A stretch of 64,000 nt of DNA from Octopus sinensis (GCF_006345805.1 NC_042998.1:115196001-115260000), one strand, 5' to 3'; positions 1 through 14,758 are shown, numbered from the stretch's first letter. Notes: generated from the letters alone by a model not told the origin. Numbers and translations are program-made.

Positions 1-443
1 ATGTTTTTGTACACATATATTTATACACACACATATACGTATATTTTCATATGTGCTTGGATCTGTGTGTGTGTCTGTGTGTATCTGTGAGTCTGATTGA
101 GTGCAAGTATGTACATATGTGTGTATATATTTATACGTTCGTGCGTGTTCACTCACATATACTCGAATATTTATGTGAGTGGGGTTGGGGGAGGAGAATG
201 TATGCGTGACTGCATGATTTAGTAAGGGTAGGAAGAGTTTAATTGATATATAGATATAGGTAGACACACAACATGGAAATGCAATACATGTTTTTGATGG
301 CGCCGGCCCCAAATTATTGCAATGAAAAAAATTCGAGCAACAATTCGTAACACAAATAAGGTGTAAGATTGTGAGAGGTTGTGTGTACACACAAATACAT
401 AGATAATCGTGTATGTATATATGCATGACAACAAGATATCCTG

Positions 444-484
<41 letters not shown>

Positions 485-789
485 TGTATATATTATGTTC
501 TTTTCTTTAAGGAGGTACACATGCAGGACTGCATAAACAGAACATAATCACATAATAGCTCACAGGCACACTCACACACACATACACACGCGCGCACTTC
601 TATCCCCACACCAACAAACACACACGTGCGCTCATACATGCACGCTGGCGAGCGCGCGCACACGTTTACACATACACACACAATGGCATGCATACTTGCA
701 GTTGCACTCGTTTACGTCTATATACTGAAATGATCTACGATATATACATACATTCTCATACACATATATCCATATATCTTTTACCTTTT

Positions 790-1230
790 GTTTTGCTTTC
801 TTCGGTCATTAAACAGCGGCGATGCTGGAGCACCACCTTAAAGACATTTTATTCGAAAGAATTGACTCCAGTACTTTTTGTTTTGGTATTTTTCCAGTCT
901 CTTACTCGTTCCATTGTCCGCTTTTGCCGAAATTCTAAGTCAAGGGACGTAAACAGACCCACTCCAATCGATCAGTGGTGGAATACAAACACATATACAA
1001 GGATATACACATACATATACGCACATACATACATACACTCACATCCACACGCACACGCACAAACATACAAATGATTTCTTTCAGTTTCCGTCAACCAAAT
1101 CCACTGACACAGCTTTGATCCGCCCGAGGTACTTGTAGATTTTCTCCTCCGAAGGGACTGAACCGCTTTGAGACTGAATTCTGTACCATGTGGTTAAAAA
1201 GTGACATCTATCACACAGCAGTACATGCAC
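790..1230 (-). mobile_element. Decayed tRNA-derived SINE, family A (CORE-like)
   Basis: Head remnant at 1075-1230 and tail remnant at 790-990, split by a CA/TA tract; same layout as the better copy at 5409-5824. Confidence 0.6.
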
Positions 1231-1235
1231 TTGTA

Positions 1236-1277
<42 letters not shown>

Positions 1278-1404
1278 CTGTTCATAACATCGATAACACC
1301 AACTGCTTTAACAACAGCAGCAAACATAAGAACATTTGTAGAACAAAGAACAATGACATCTTATTCGAAGAGGCTCACAAAATCAGAAGAAACAGCAAAT
1401 CTTG

Positions 1405-1615
1405 TATTCTTTTCTACTCTAGGCACAAGGCCCAAAATTTTTGCGGAGCGAGGACCAGTTGATTAGATTGACCTCAGTACGCAACTGCTAATTAATTTGC
1501 CGACTCCGAAAGGATGAAAGGTAAAGTCGACCGCGGCGGAATTTGAACTCAGAACGTAAAGACAGACGAAATACTGCTAAGTATTTCGCCCCGCGTGCTA
1601 AGGTTTCTGCCAGCA
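1405..1615 (-). mobile_element. tRNA-derived SINE, family B monomer (tail type A)
   Basis: Contains GGATGAAAGGTAAAGTCGACC..GGAATTTGAACTC (reverse B-box plus central domain) and the AGGCACAAGGCC tail shared with many copies in the window. Confidence 0.75.
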
Positions 1616-3635
1616 AATCTTGTATTAACCCCAACCCCACCATTTGTGCTGCACTACTACTATTGATACTAGCATCACCACCACCACCACCACCAGCGCC
1701 ACCTCTGCCAAGACACCTACCACCACTACCAGAAATACGTGAAGTATTTTGTCCAATGAGCTAATGTTTCTTTCAGCTCACCATCCTGGAGAATGGGAAT
1801 TATCTTTCTTCGATATCTCGTGCGGGTTCTGTTTGTATTTTTTCTAAATGTACTGAATATTAACACGAGACGATAGTTATGTCATCATATTTAAACATAT
1901 TATACTTAGTACATAATCCTATTGCAGATGAGATCCTGTCTACTGTTTAAGGAAAAGAACGCAAATGGCAAAATAAATGTTATTGCCCAGAATGTAATAT
2001 TTATGAAACCGATGTTTCCAAAACAAGGAAAAGATATTATTAATAAATGAAAATATATGAAAATATATGTTGAATTTAAATATTTAACAGATTTTTTTGT
2101 TTAGAAATGTGACATATGTATACACAGCTCTAGCTTTCATTCATTCTTTTTTTTTGTCTTTTCATACAAGCCTTAAATATGGGAAATATGTAAAATATTG
2201 TTCGTAGATAAAGTTAATATTTTGGTAGCGAAATACGAACCAGCGACCTAAGACTAGAAGTGTCTCATCGTATTTTGATCAACCTGATGTAATTTTATCA
2301 AATTATTTTGTGTGAGAAGAAGTGGGGTGCGGTGGAATTGGAAAAGAGGTTGTCCTCATGAAGAAACAATACTTGTTCATATAAAAATTGTTGTTGAATA
2401 CAGACTGAAAAGTAAGGGAAGTAGATTTCACAGCATGCTGTTGCAATACGATGGAGAAGGAAGGAAGGAAGATACAAACACAATAGTTAAATCCTAAAAA
2501 CAAAAATTGAATTATGTTCTACGAACATACGCACACACTCAGTTGCTTCCACTTGAATTCCATTCTGGCTTCACGAAAGGAAAAAAGACAGAAAAAAATA
2601 TATGAAGGAAAGAAAAATCAGCAGATACAAATGAAAATAAAGGGTAATGCTATTAAAAGTGTGAAATTTAATAATAATTCTGTATTTATATATTATTTAG
2701 TACTTCACAAAGGATGGGATAAGAATGGCATGAATAGTAAGGTAAGGGAAAATCAGAATATCGGAGAGAAGACAAAACGGCAGAAACAAGAGGCTACATG
2801 ATGCTTTAAAATATAGCAAGCATAATATCATATCAATGAGAATTAAAATGTGTTCAAATCAAATTAAGTATTTCAACACATTGCTGTTGTTGTTCTTGTT
2901 GTTGTAGCTGCTGTTATTGTTGTGGTTGTTGGTTGTTGTTGTTGTTGTTGTTACTATGGGTCTTCTTCTTCTTTTTCTTCTTCTTCCTTTCTTCTTCTTC
3001 TTCTTCTTCTTCTTCTTCCATTAAATGAAGTCATTATGCTTGACAAAATATATATACACATTTTCATATATATATAAGTATATATATCGATATGTCTATG
3101 TATATGTACGCATGCGTGCTTGTGGATATGTAATGAACTTTACGTCAAATTACATGGTATATTATATGTATATACACACAACTACTCACATGCGTACAAA
3201 TACAGACACACACACACATCATATGCGTTTGTGTTTTCTGCAATATTACGCGGGGTTTTTTTTTATATCGGTTCATTTTATTGTTTCCACGTGAACGTAT
3301 TTATATTCAAATTTATTTTACTTTCAGCCCGAAAGCAAATATTTTGAAATTGGTTGTTGTTAGTTCGCTCTAGGTTAGTCATAACTGAGTATTTAATCCT
3401 TGTTTTCAAATACATACGTCTGGATTATCCATTTTAAAGAAGCATGGGTGCATTTTAAAGTAGATTCGTCTACTATTTCAGACAATTGACTAACCACAAG
3501 AGGGCTCTTTGACTGATACACTTTTATAACTGGCATACTGCTTATCAGTCTTCTTTTTGGCGTTTTTTTTATTAAATTTTGGGATGCAATGGACTATGGG
3601 ATCCTTCATAAAATAAGAAATACTTCCTGAAATTA

Positions 3636-4030
3636 CGAGTGTCGGCTGAAAGGTTTATAAGCTGACCGAGATACTTTCAAGGAATGTGATCAAACAAGGT
3701 ATATTTTTCAACATAGTCTCTCTTACGATTCATGCACCTCTTTAATCGGAGTTGCATTACTTAGATCCTGTTGGTGAAGAAGCTTTCATCCCATTGGTAA
3801 AAAAATGTCATCAACAGTAAATATGACGTCATTATCACTGCAGTGCTGGTTCCCAGTTAAATGTCTTTTTATATTTTGGGGAACAGATGATAGTCAAATG
3901 GGGACAAATCAGGAGAATAAGAAAGGTGATCAATCAATTCAAAGCCATGGTCCCACAGAGCAGACATTGAAACCAAGGACCTGTGAGCAACTATAGAGGA
4001 GTGCAATCGTCCAGAAAAGAGTAACTGAAC
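3636..4030 (-). mobile_element. Mariner transposon 3' fragment
   Basis: TA|CGAGTGTCGGCTGAAAGG TIR-like end at 3636; minus-strand translation HRSLVSMSALWDHGFELIDHLSYSPDLSPFDYHLFPK matches the mariner YSPDLAPSD region. Confidence 0.8.
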
Positions 4031-4489
4031 GTAAGTAAAAAAAGATTTGTTATACACAATACACATATCAATACACTGTATCAATACATAGGGACATACA
4101 TATATCAATACATATGTACATGTATTGATATATAGATGCACATATACGAGTACATATATATATACACACACACGAGTGCACACACAAACATCAAGACACA
4201 CGCATACATACTAATGAAATAAATTACATAACTTCCAGCTTAGTCATACATGGAGGCGCTCGCCAGATATTAAATTTAACATACGACTGTTAATTTAATG
4301 TAGAGAAATTTGAGTACAATTTTTAAAATATTAACATTTCGGTACTGGACAAGAACAGTTATTTCGACTTTCAACTTTTATGTGTGCTTGTATGAATGTG
4401 TGTGTGAATGTATATGTGTGTGTGTGTGTGTGTGTGCGTGCATATGTATGCATATACATGCTTGCATGCATCTATAGCTCCCCTTCTTC

Positions 4490-4720
4490 CTAGCTCTCCT
4501 GTGTGACCCCTCTTTTCGACATTCGCCATGTTAGATCGTTAGCCACTACACGTTCTTTATTTTCTCTCCCTATTTCTTTCTGTGTTCCTTTCTGTGGAAG
4601 AACGTAGACTCGAAACGTTACAGACTTTTTCACTTCCCGAACGTTAAACTAATACATGTGTTTGTTGTCTACACCTGATTTCGTCTTTCACTTTGTTGTT
4701 TTTTTGTGAATTCTCCCCCT
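4490..4720 (+). mobile_element. PLE-type pLTR remnant, family X, with HHR-like motif at 4588-4623
   Basis: CTTT-CTGTGGA-A-GAAC GTAG ACTC-GAAA-CGT-T-ACAG followed by CGAACGTTAAACTAATAC..ACACCTG; homologous to 63393 and 63645. Confidence 0.55.
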
Positions 4721-4729
4721 GCCATTACA

Positions 4730-5390
4730 TGCTTAGGGTGTGATAATCCTTATATTGGCCAACAGTAATATTACTCCGTCGAAGAACCACTCTCCACAAA
4801 GAACAAATCCGCCACCAGACAGATACAGGTCAGTGAACACATAGAAAGGTGTGCTAGGAACCTTAATCCTAATTTCCTAATTTTCCCCTTCTATCAATGT
4901 TCACAGAACACCTCAGTACAAGAAAGAATGAATAAAGAGGCAACTTTCATAAATAAATATCTTCCACAACTCAATAAATTAATACAGAACACAACTAACC
5001 TTTCAATTAATACCACTAATCCCAATACATCCCATACACCATTCACATTACAGAACTATATCTATCCTAATTGCAGCAAATCCAGAACTACCTACCTCCG
5101 TCACACAAATCTTTTTACTCGGGGACTAGTAGACCCTACACCGTTCGGTAATCTGTGTGCATTCAAAGCAGTGATCAATAATTTTACGAAACCGGTATGC
5201 TTTTGGATCTTTTAACAATTCACAATAATGACTTTTATTACTTTTATTCCTACCTCAGTTCATTTAATTGTATATATCTATCGTTACTTTTCATAAAACC
5301 ATTTACTTATTTTGATTTCCAATGTGCATTTTCGCTTATTTTTCTTTTTACTTCCCCCTTACTTTCTATTTTCTTTTTGTAACATATTTC
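4730..5390 (+). mobile_element. Penelope-like element 3' end: GIY-YIG endonuclease C-terminal remnant plus pLTR
   Basis: CLGCDNPYIGQ, then (frameshifted) LRRRTTLHKEQIRH and QVSEHIERC..ERMNKEATFINKYLPQLN; degenerate HHR ending GAAACCGGTATGC at 5159-5200; ends at a TA tract. Confidence 0.75.
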
Positions 5391-5408
5391 TATTATATAT
5401 ATTTATAT

Positions 5409-5572
5409 GGATAGGAGTGGCTGTGTAGTAAGTAGCTTGCTTATCAACCACATGGTTCCGGGTTCAGTCCCACTGCCTGGCACCTTGGGCAAGTGTCTTC
5501 TACTATAGCCTCGGGCCGACCAAAACCTTTTGAGTGGATTTGGTAGACGGAAACTGAAAGAAGCCCGTCGCA

Positions 5573-5619
<47 letters not shown>

Positions 5620-5824
5620 ATGTTTGTGTGAATGTGTTTGTACCCCCAACATCGCATGACAACCGATGGTGGTGTGTTTACGTCCCCGTAACTTAGCGGT
5701 TCGGCAAAAGAGACCGATACAATAAGTACTAGGCTTACAAAGAATAAGTCCTGGGGTCGATTTGCTCGACTACAGGCGGTGCTCCAGCGTGGCCGCAGTG
5801 AAGTGACTGAAACAAGTAAAAGAG
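5409..5824 (+). mobile_element. Full-length tRNA-derived SINE, family A (CORE-like), with internal (TA)n
   Basis: A-box-like GTGGCTGTGTAGTAAG, B-box GGTTCAGTCCC, CORE-like CCTTGGGCAAGTGTCTTCTAC, internal TA/TG tract, tail ..GACTGAAACAAGTAAAAGA. Confidence 0.85.
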
Positions 5825-5837
5825 AAAAAAAGAGAAG

Positions 5838-5878
<41 letters not shown>

Positions 5879-6029
5879 AGAAAGTGCATAGCCGGTCTGA
5901 GTATCGAAACCATAACCTCACTATCACGAGTGCAACACCCCTAACCAATATGCTGCCTGCCTTCATACACACGCACCCGAGAAAAAACATACACACACAA
6001 ATTTATATATATATATATATATATATATA

Positions 6030-6350
6030 ATTTCATCAAAATTTAGATTCAGATGAATATGGTACTTAAGTTAAAGGCACCAGAATTTGTATGGTATTAT
6101 CCATATAAATCAAATGGGGTGATTATAATCAAAATAAGCAACAAGTATATCCAAGTTAGAGTGGTACAATTGTTTCATGCTACTTCATTTTATTAAACAC
6201 TGTAAGTATTACATCAGTTTTAATTCTATAAGCAGCTGAAGATTGTTCGACATTTTGAAACTGATGTATTATTTACAGTGTTTAATAAAATGAAGTAGCA
6301 TGAAACAATTGTACTGCTCTACCTTTGATATACTTGTTGATCATTTTGAT

Positions 6351-6354
<4 letters not shown>
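6030..6354. mobile_element. PLE-type fold-back remnant between (TA)n tracts
   Basis: Inverted arms 6124-6223 / 6255-6354; CTGAAGA at 6236 and GAAACTGATGTA at 6257 form a degenerate HHR. Confidence 0.65.
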
Positions 6355-6383
<29 letters not shown>

Positions 6384-6624
6384 GCATATATGCATGCATA
6401 TATACACTCACATATTCACACACACACACATATATGTAAACGTGATATAGGGATTTAACTTAAGAGCTGCAGGATGATGAGCGCGCATGTTACGATTGGT
6501 GGCAAGCAAGGGTAACTTTCTGAAAAATACAAATACTCCTAATGAAATTTTACAGCGATAGGCTTCCGATACAATAAATGACTGCTATGTGAACGGAGTT
6601 TAGAAAAGTAATGACATATATTTA

Positions 6625-7411
6625 CTAGCAGAACCCATGCAAATTCCATGGTATGGAAAAATATTAAGAGGGCCTATTTATAACTTAGCCTTTTTTAAAT
6701 ATTCTTGACGTTCATCTTTATCCGTTTCCGTCTCCATCGGTGTTGCCTTTTCCCTCTTTCTGTTACATCTTTTTGCTGTTCCACTCTGATCAATGCTCTA
6801 AATCTGTGCATCCTTTCTCGGGCAGCTTGGAACCGCATTTCTTGTGAATCGAGAGTTTAGGCTAAATTAACATTTACAAACAAATATCAATTTTTTAAGC
6901 GAGCACACGATAAATAATTGCATTTATGTGTATGCGCCATAAAAAAATAATTTCAATAAAAAAGTATACTTTTCAATATCAACTCACCACTACCACCAAC
7001 ACTACCATCATCGCTGTCTGCCTCTCTCTCTCACTCTCAGTATAATTGCTTCCCCTGTCCATCTCTGTCTGTCTACTTTCTATCTATCTTTCACTCCAGC
7101 TTACTTTTTAACCACGTAATAAATATTCTTTCGCCACCCCACCGCACGTCGTTAACACTTCTCTCTCCCACTTTTTCTCATATCATATTTTTCTCCCGTT
7201 CTTCGCCTCTACCTTCAGCTGACCGCGTGACGCATTTGGCCTGAGTGTATTAATCTTAATCACCTTTCTCTGCTTCTTTCTCTCTTCTTTCTGAATTCCT
7301 CCCTCTTCACTCCTCTCTGTCTCTCTCTCTCTCTGTAACTCTTACTCCATCTCTCACTCACTAACTAACTAATGTACAGCTGGCGAACGAACAAGCAGAT
7401 TACTATATGGA
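6625..7411 (-). mobile_element. Non-autonomous Helitron
   Basis: Minus-strand 3' CTAG at 6625-6628 with hairpin CCATG-N7-CATGG (6635-6651); 5' TC at 7411-7410; inserted between A and T; charged ORF remnant (KKMRFQAARERMHRFRA) resembles a Helitron ORF N-terminus. Confidence 0.6.
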
Positions 7412-8901
7412 TTGCAAATATACAAATGAGGAATTTGTTTTAATTAATTATATATTTCAAGGTAATAAATATTTTTCTCCTTTTCATCATTGTTTGTAAC
7501 AACAACTATTAAAGAAAGGCAATGCCGGAAGAAAAAAGTTCGACAATTAAGTCATCAATTAACTTAACGTTTCAATGGAAAACAAAAAAAAATCTAAATG
7601 TTTTGGACACAAATCCTTCGTTACAATTCAACAAGGTTCCCAGTGCTGGAGGTATTCGAGCTTGATCTCTAGTTTGCAAAATGCGAAATGTCATAGACAT
7701 TATTCTATACACATTGACTATGCCATGTAACCCAGCACAATCCCACCTACAAATCCACGCATATATATGATGGTTATATAAACATTTGGGGCTCCGTCTG
7801 CCAAGCAATAAATCCATCTAAATGAATGAAACTAGTGAATATCGTACACTGCAAAACAGACAAGCCGAAGGAGATTGATATGAGCACACAGATTTTTTTT
7901 CTTTAACCTGAATCGCCACGTAAATTATCTATCAAATTTAAAATGCCACAAGTAGAATAATGCTTCAGTATATAGCATGGTGTCACTACTTCTAGAAAGA
8001 AACTTGTCACCCAATAAGTTTACTATTATGTCGCGCGCCAACAGACTCTAACCTCAAGCCCACAAAGCTGAGTTATCCTCTCTCACCTACGACAATGGGT
8101 TCTATTCCTCGGAGATAATAAAGCCTTCCTGATATATTTGCTCCTCTTTATGTCGTTACGCACTTCCCGAAGATCTTTCCACTATCTATAGATCATTCTC
8201 CTCTAGATGTCAGCTTCCCTAAAAATCCCTCTTTGCCGATTTTCGTCCGCAGCTGTCTGCTTGATGATATCGAATTGAAGCTGTTCAAGAAGATCACTGA
8301 CGATATCAGTCTCATTATTTTCGGTAGGGAACATCCGAAGGGAATGTTCCCAGATCCTTTCCCTGAACCAGACCATTGAAAGATAAAATGTTAATATATG
8401 TCTTCCTTTAACTAATTTCAATCCTTGTATGAATATTTTTTTTTCTCTCTAGTTTCAGCTCAGAGCTGTGACCATGCAGATGCACTGCCGTTTTGCTACA
8501 CTAGTATTACTAAAAGCCTCCTCTAATATGTGGCACTTGGTGAAGCATGGAGTTTGATATAGCTACCCTCATTTGCACCTCTTGCCGTGAGGTAGTCTCA
8601 TCTGGGAATTATCTCTCTACACTCTAGAGTGTATGACGTGTCAACTTTGCTGCTGCAAAATTTATAAAATATAACTTGGAACCGAGTTACCATATTCTAT
8701 TACAATATCTAGATACCGAGTAAATGGAGAACTTTTCATGATCTGGCTACATACCTTTAGTTTAATCTATATATCTACAAAACATTTGCTATTTATGTAT
8801 CTATATTTATCTAAATATGGATAGATTAGTGCATGTCTGCATAAATATCGCTATTCCACATCCGCTTCTTCCCTACACATTTTCTCATTTTCTCCCTTCT
8901 C

Positions 8902-8940
<39 letters not shown>

Positions 8941-9352
8941 TATAAACACGCACACGTATTTCACACACACACGCATTCATACAAATACGAAGATACACAC
9001 ACGAGTGCATGCATACATGCATAAATGTCTGTCATATTTCTTATTGCAAATCGTTTAATATGCGTATATATATATACACTGAACGAAGGAGAGTAAGAAG
9101 AAGGAAGCGTGATAAAAAGAAAGAGACACCGATATGCATGTGTATATGTCTTTGTGTGTATTTATATATGTGTTTATTCATGTACTTATTCAACTGTGAA
9201 TGTGTATATACACATGTATTTTCACATTTACTACTCAACATATTCATGGGTGTTCTTCTAGACGTTATTGCATCAAATCTGCTGTAACTTAAAGACTCAC
9301 TTCCTGCAGGGGAAAATATTAACTATACCAGCATGTAATAATAATAATAATA

Positions 9353-9388
<36 letters not shown>

Positions 9389-10289
9389 CAACAAGTAAAA
9401 GCTGAATATAAGATAAAATTAAAAAATACGTTAAAAAAAGGGAAGAACAACCGCGCCGCGAAGCATATCTATAAGAATCATGATTAGCTATAAACGATAC
9501 AAGGCAGGATATTAAACCTGTTTCAGTAGTTTGTATGATTTTATAAACCTAACTCTAGACATGATTTTAGACTCGAGGCTGATATTTATACCTTGTCCTT
9601 CTGTTTATTGATACTTCTTCGTGATCGAGTACCGTTATAATTCAATACAGCCAGGTATCTATTTTCCCCTTAAGCTATATTTAGTAACTTTGAGAGGAAA
9701 TTGCTGTCTTTTCAGTTTGTTTCTCATGGAATATCTTTAGCCAAATATTTTGCCTCGAGAAAGAAACGAAAACTTGGTATTAAAGCTAGCAGACTGTATG
9801 AGGTTAATCGCCGAAGCTATTAAATTCAATAACTTACTCGACACCACCACTTAGATGTATTGTTATTATTATTATTATTATTATTATTGCTGTTGTTGTT
9901 GTTGTTGTTGTTGTTGTTAAGAGAAGAGGGAGGTGGACTGACATAAATTGATAGTGCAGTGGACAAAACGCCTACTGACATGTCGTTGCATTTCTTTACC
10001 TTATGAGTTCAAATCCTACCAATGTCCGTTTCCCTATTTATTATTTTTTTTCTAGATGAGAAAAACAAGTACAGGGTATATACAAGGGTTCGTTTAATCG
10101 ACTATGCTTCTCCTCCAAAATCTGTGCCCTAGCGCTTGTGTAAGAAATTACTATGATTGCTGTTAAGAAATAGGTCGAGAGGCAGCTGTATAAATCTTGT
10201 AGGATATAATAACATCATTTTAACTTCTGCATGCAAATACTGATGTGAAATCCTTTGAAAAATTGCCTAGTTATATGCAGTAACATGAA

Positions 10290-10560
10290 ACCACGTGGAC
10301 CGTCTTGAGGACGGATCGTCGGCAGCTCAAGTGGTAATCCCATTGAGCCCACAGGATATAAGAATAGCAAATTTCAAAGCGTTGACAGAGGCTGTGATCC
10401 ATCCTGATTCTCTGAAAAGTGGTATCAATGCAATACATAGCAGGCTGTTGCACAATAAATTCGCAGCTATCGAAAGACCTCCAATTGTCACAGCAAAATT
10501 GAGGCATGGATACAGAAGATATGAAAACAAAATACTCATCATGCTTTCTCTGCACTAAAC
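10290..10560 (+). pseudogene. Possible LINE ORF2 C-terminal remnant
   Basis: KSGINAIH..PPIVTAKLRHGY is reminiscent of the 'IH..PP..LAQLRSG' region of I/Ingi/LOA-type LINEs; weak and recalled from memory only. Confidence 0.25.
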
Positions 10561-10671
10561 AAATTCACTAATGGAGAGCCCCTAGCAGGGAATGAGACCT
10601 TGCAGACATTCTCAGCAACATACAAATATCGAGTGACGTGAGCGAGAGAGAAGGAAAGGGAGAGAGAGAGA

Positions 10672-10722
<51 letters not shown>

Positions 10723-11245
10723 TGCTTTATGCATTTTTAGGTTTCTGGTAAGAAGTGTAGCAGTGAAGTACAATGCTCACTACTTCATCTATGATCTTCT
10801 CCAAAGTATACGGCCGTCTGCCTATTCTATAAATCATAGTCGTTATTGTTAAAAGGAGCGGATGATGGATTAGTCAAATTGGTAGAACATCAGTCAAAAT
10901 ATCATGTGTTATTTAGTCACACCTCAGTACATCCTGAGTTCAAATCACAACAGCGAAAGTCATATATCTTGAAGATCTATCAAGGTTAAATCTGGAAATG
11001 GTATCGATGGAGATTTTTTTTCATCTTTTTTGCGGAATCACCATAATAAAAGGACAATTATGTATTGAACATAACCCAATCGAAACATCACTAATACTTT
11101 TGTGTGAGGCTTTTACTGTAAACTTTTTCGTTAGAAAGTTGTCAAAGATAATCTCTTGTCCAGACGAGTATCCCAACCATACATTTTGTCGTATTTCTAA
11201 CCTACTCGAGCAACATTTGTCTTTTCGGATCTGTCTCTTTGTCTA

Positions 11246-11295
<50 letters not shown>

Positions 11296-11392
11296 GCATG
11301 TATGTATGTATGCATGCACGTACGAATGTAGGTATGTAAATGTGGGTGGGTTATTCGACTAGTAAAATGGGATTAATATGTAATATATGTCT

Positions 11393-11600
11393 AAGGCGGT
11401 GAGCAGGGAGAGTTGTTAGTAAACCGGAAAAAAATACTTAGCGGCATTTCGTCCGTCGCTACCTTCTGAGTGCATATTCCACCGAGGTCGACTTTGCCTT
11501 TCATAATTTCGACGTCGATAAAATAAGTAAGAGTCGAGCAGTGGGGTCAATATAATCGATTGACACTCCCTCAAAATTGCTGGCCTTTCGCCAAAATATA
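11393..11600 (+). mobile_element. SINE family B monomer
   Basis: AAGGCGGTGAGC head, CCGAGGTCGACTTTGCCTTTCAT central domain, tail A remnant. Confidence 0.75.
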
Positions 11601-13122
11601 TATTTCTCGAAATTTTGGATTTTGCTAACATCGTCATCGCGATCACAAGATCGTCACCATCACCACCACCACCACCATCAATACCACCACCACAATCATC
11701 ATCATCATCATCAACATTGCTACCAGCATCACCAACAACAATAACATTATCATCGTTATCAGCACCTCCACAACTGCCACCACCATCATCATCAACAACA
11801 ACCCCCTTGGATCGCCACCATCATCTCAGTGCAATCGTCATTGCTGTCATCTACATCATACTCTTGTCGGTTGTCGTCATCATTACACTTTTATCTCACA
11901 TCTGTACTGTTCATTCTTTGGTTGCTTTGATTTTTCATCTTTATCTTGTTTATTTCTCCTCCGCCACCCCTACCCACCCGTCTTCCCCACTCGATTTCAT
12001 TCCCTTTTTCCATATTCTCTTTTAGAATGAAGAAAACAAAATAAATACAACCAAAACACCTGGAAATAAAACGTTGTTACGCGTTTCTTGTCTTTTAAAT
12101 CATTAAAGTGTCATCTTAGTTCATTCCATGCCTTCTCCTGCCTCCTTTACCGACGTGTAACCGAAAGGAATTGTCTAGCATGATAATGATGATGATGATG
12201 ATGAAGATGATGAAGATGATGAAGATGAAAACGACGACGACGTCTATGATGATGATGACGATGATGAGGATGATGATGTTGATGTAGTGGTAGTAATGGT
12301 TGTTTTTTTGTGGTAGTGGTAGCAGTAGCGGTGGTGTTTTGTAGCGAATCCGATGGTGTGATATTGATGATGATGATGCTAATGTTGATGCAAAGTGGTG
12401 ATGGTCGCGGTGCGGGTGTTAGTGGAGAGTTAGAGGATAATATAGGTTACACTAATTTGTCTCCCCTTAATTACTTTCTCCAATCTTTCACCATCTTTCT
12501 TTCCCCCCACACGATCACTTTTGATCATAAAAAGAGACACACGCATACACACAAAGACACACACGCACACACATTCTGCGCATACTTACCTACATTTATT
12601 AACATACACACGCAGTACACACACACGGAAATATTTATAAGCACACGCCACGTATGCATGCTTTCATATGTACAGATATCAATACACATTCGAAACATAA
12701 GCAGATATTCGTACATTCACAAAACACCACACTCTATATATGTAAATACACACATATATATGACATTTCATACCCTAATGCATACTCACGCATACACACT
12801 GACATACATACACACTGATATACACACACACACACTTGCATTTTACACTATCACATCAACATACACACATTCATAGAAAATCACGATTGTTCAGATGAAC
12901 ATGTAGACGCACTCAAGGCACACTGTCTCCTCACAACTACCTCCCTCACGTATACACACATTCACGCACACACACATACACACGCGCTTACCCCCCTCTA
13001 TCTATCTCACTGACATAAAAAAATAATCATGTACTGATACATACACAGAGCTACAGATACAAACAATTATAATATTTGGCAAATGTGCAAATTTATATTT
13101 GCACAAAAATTAGACATAGACA

Positions 13123-13224
<102 letters not shown>

Positions 13225-13337
13225 CACATCGAAATACACATACAAACACGCGTATTTATGTGTTTATATATATATATATATACATACATACATACATACA
13301 TACATACATTCATACATACATATTCTTTATTTTGTTC

Positions 13338-14301
<964 letters not shown>

Positions 14302-14313
14302 TTATATACATAC

Positions 14314-14350
<37 letters not shown>

Positions 14351-14361
14351 AATATATATAT

Positions 14362-14755
14362 ATAATAATAAATATTAGGGAATAAATCCAAATTTACAGG
14401 GAAAAAATCAGATTTAGGATTAAATCGATTTTATAGTAAAATATTATAAAATATTATTCGAGACAAAACCACTATTTTGCAAAACAAACAAGGAAAGACT
14501 TAATCAATACATAAATTTTAATAAATAGTCAAAAAAACCGCCACTACAATCGTTTCTTGTCTTGATCGACAATCTTCAGGTGGACTTCCAATAATTCAGT
14601 GTCAAATTAATGGAAGTCACCTGAAGATTGTCGATCAAGACAAAAACGATTGTAGTGGCGGTTTTTTTGACTATTTATTAAAATTTATGTATTGATTAAG
14701 TCTTTCCTTGTTTGTTTTGCAAAATAGTGGTTTTGTCTCGAATAATATTTTATAA
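14362..14755. mobile_element. PLE-type fold-back element in (TA)n
   Basis: Arms 14444-14596 / 14605-14755 with 3 differences and an 8-nt loop; the left arm extends to the TA tract at about 14362. Confidence 0.8.
14541..14583 (-). ncRNA. Minimal type I hammerhead ribozyme motif, complete core
   Basis: Minus strand: CCAC-CUGAAGA-UUGUC(GAUCAA)GACAA-GAAA-C(GAUU)G-UA^-GUGG; stems I, II and III all pair. Confidence 0.7.
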
Positions 14756-14758
14756 ATA

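Noticed and set aside
7412-8420. Coding-like stretches, including ORFs 7572-7817 and 8203-8421
   Set aside because: Faint Helitron or LINE resemblance in different frames, with no consistent motif.
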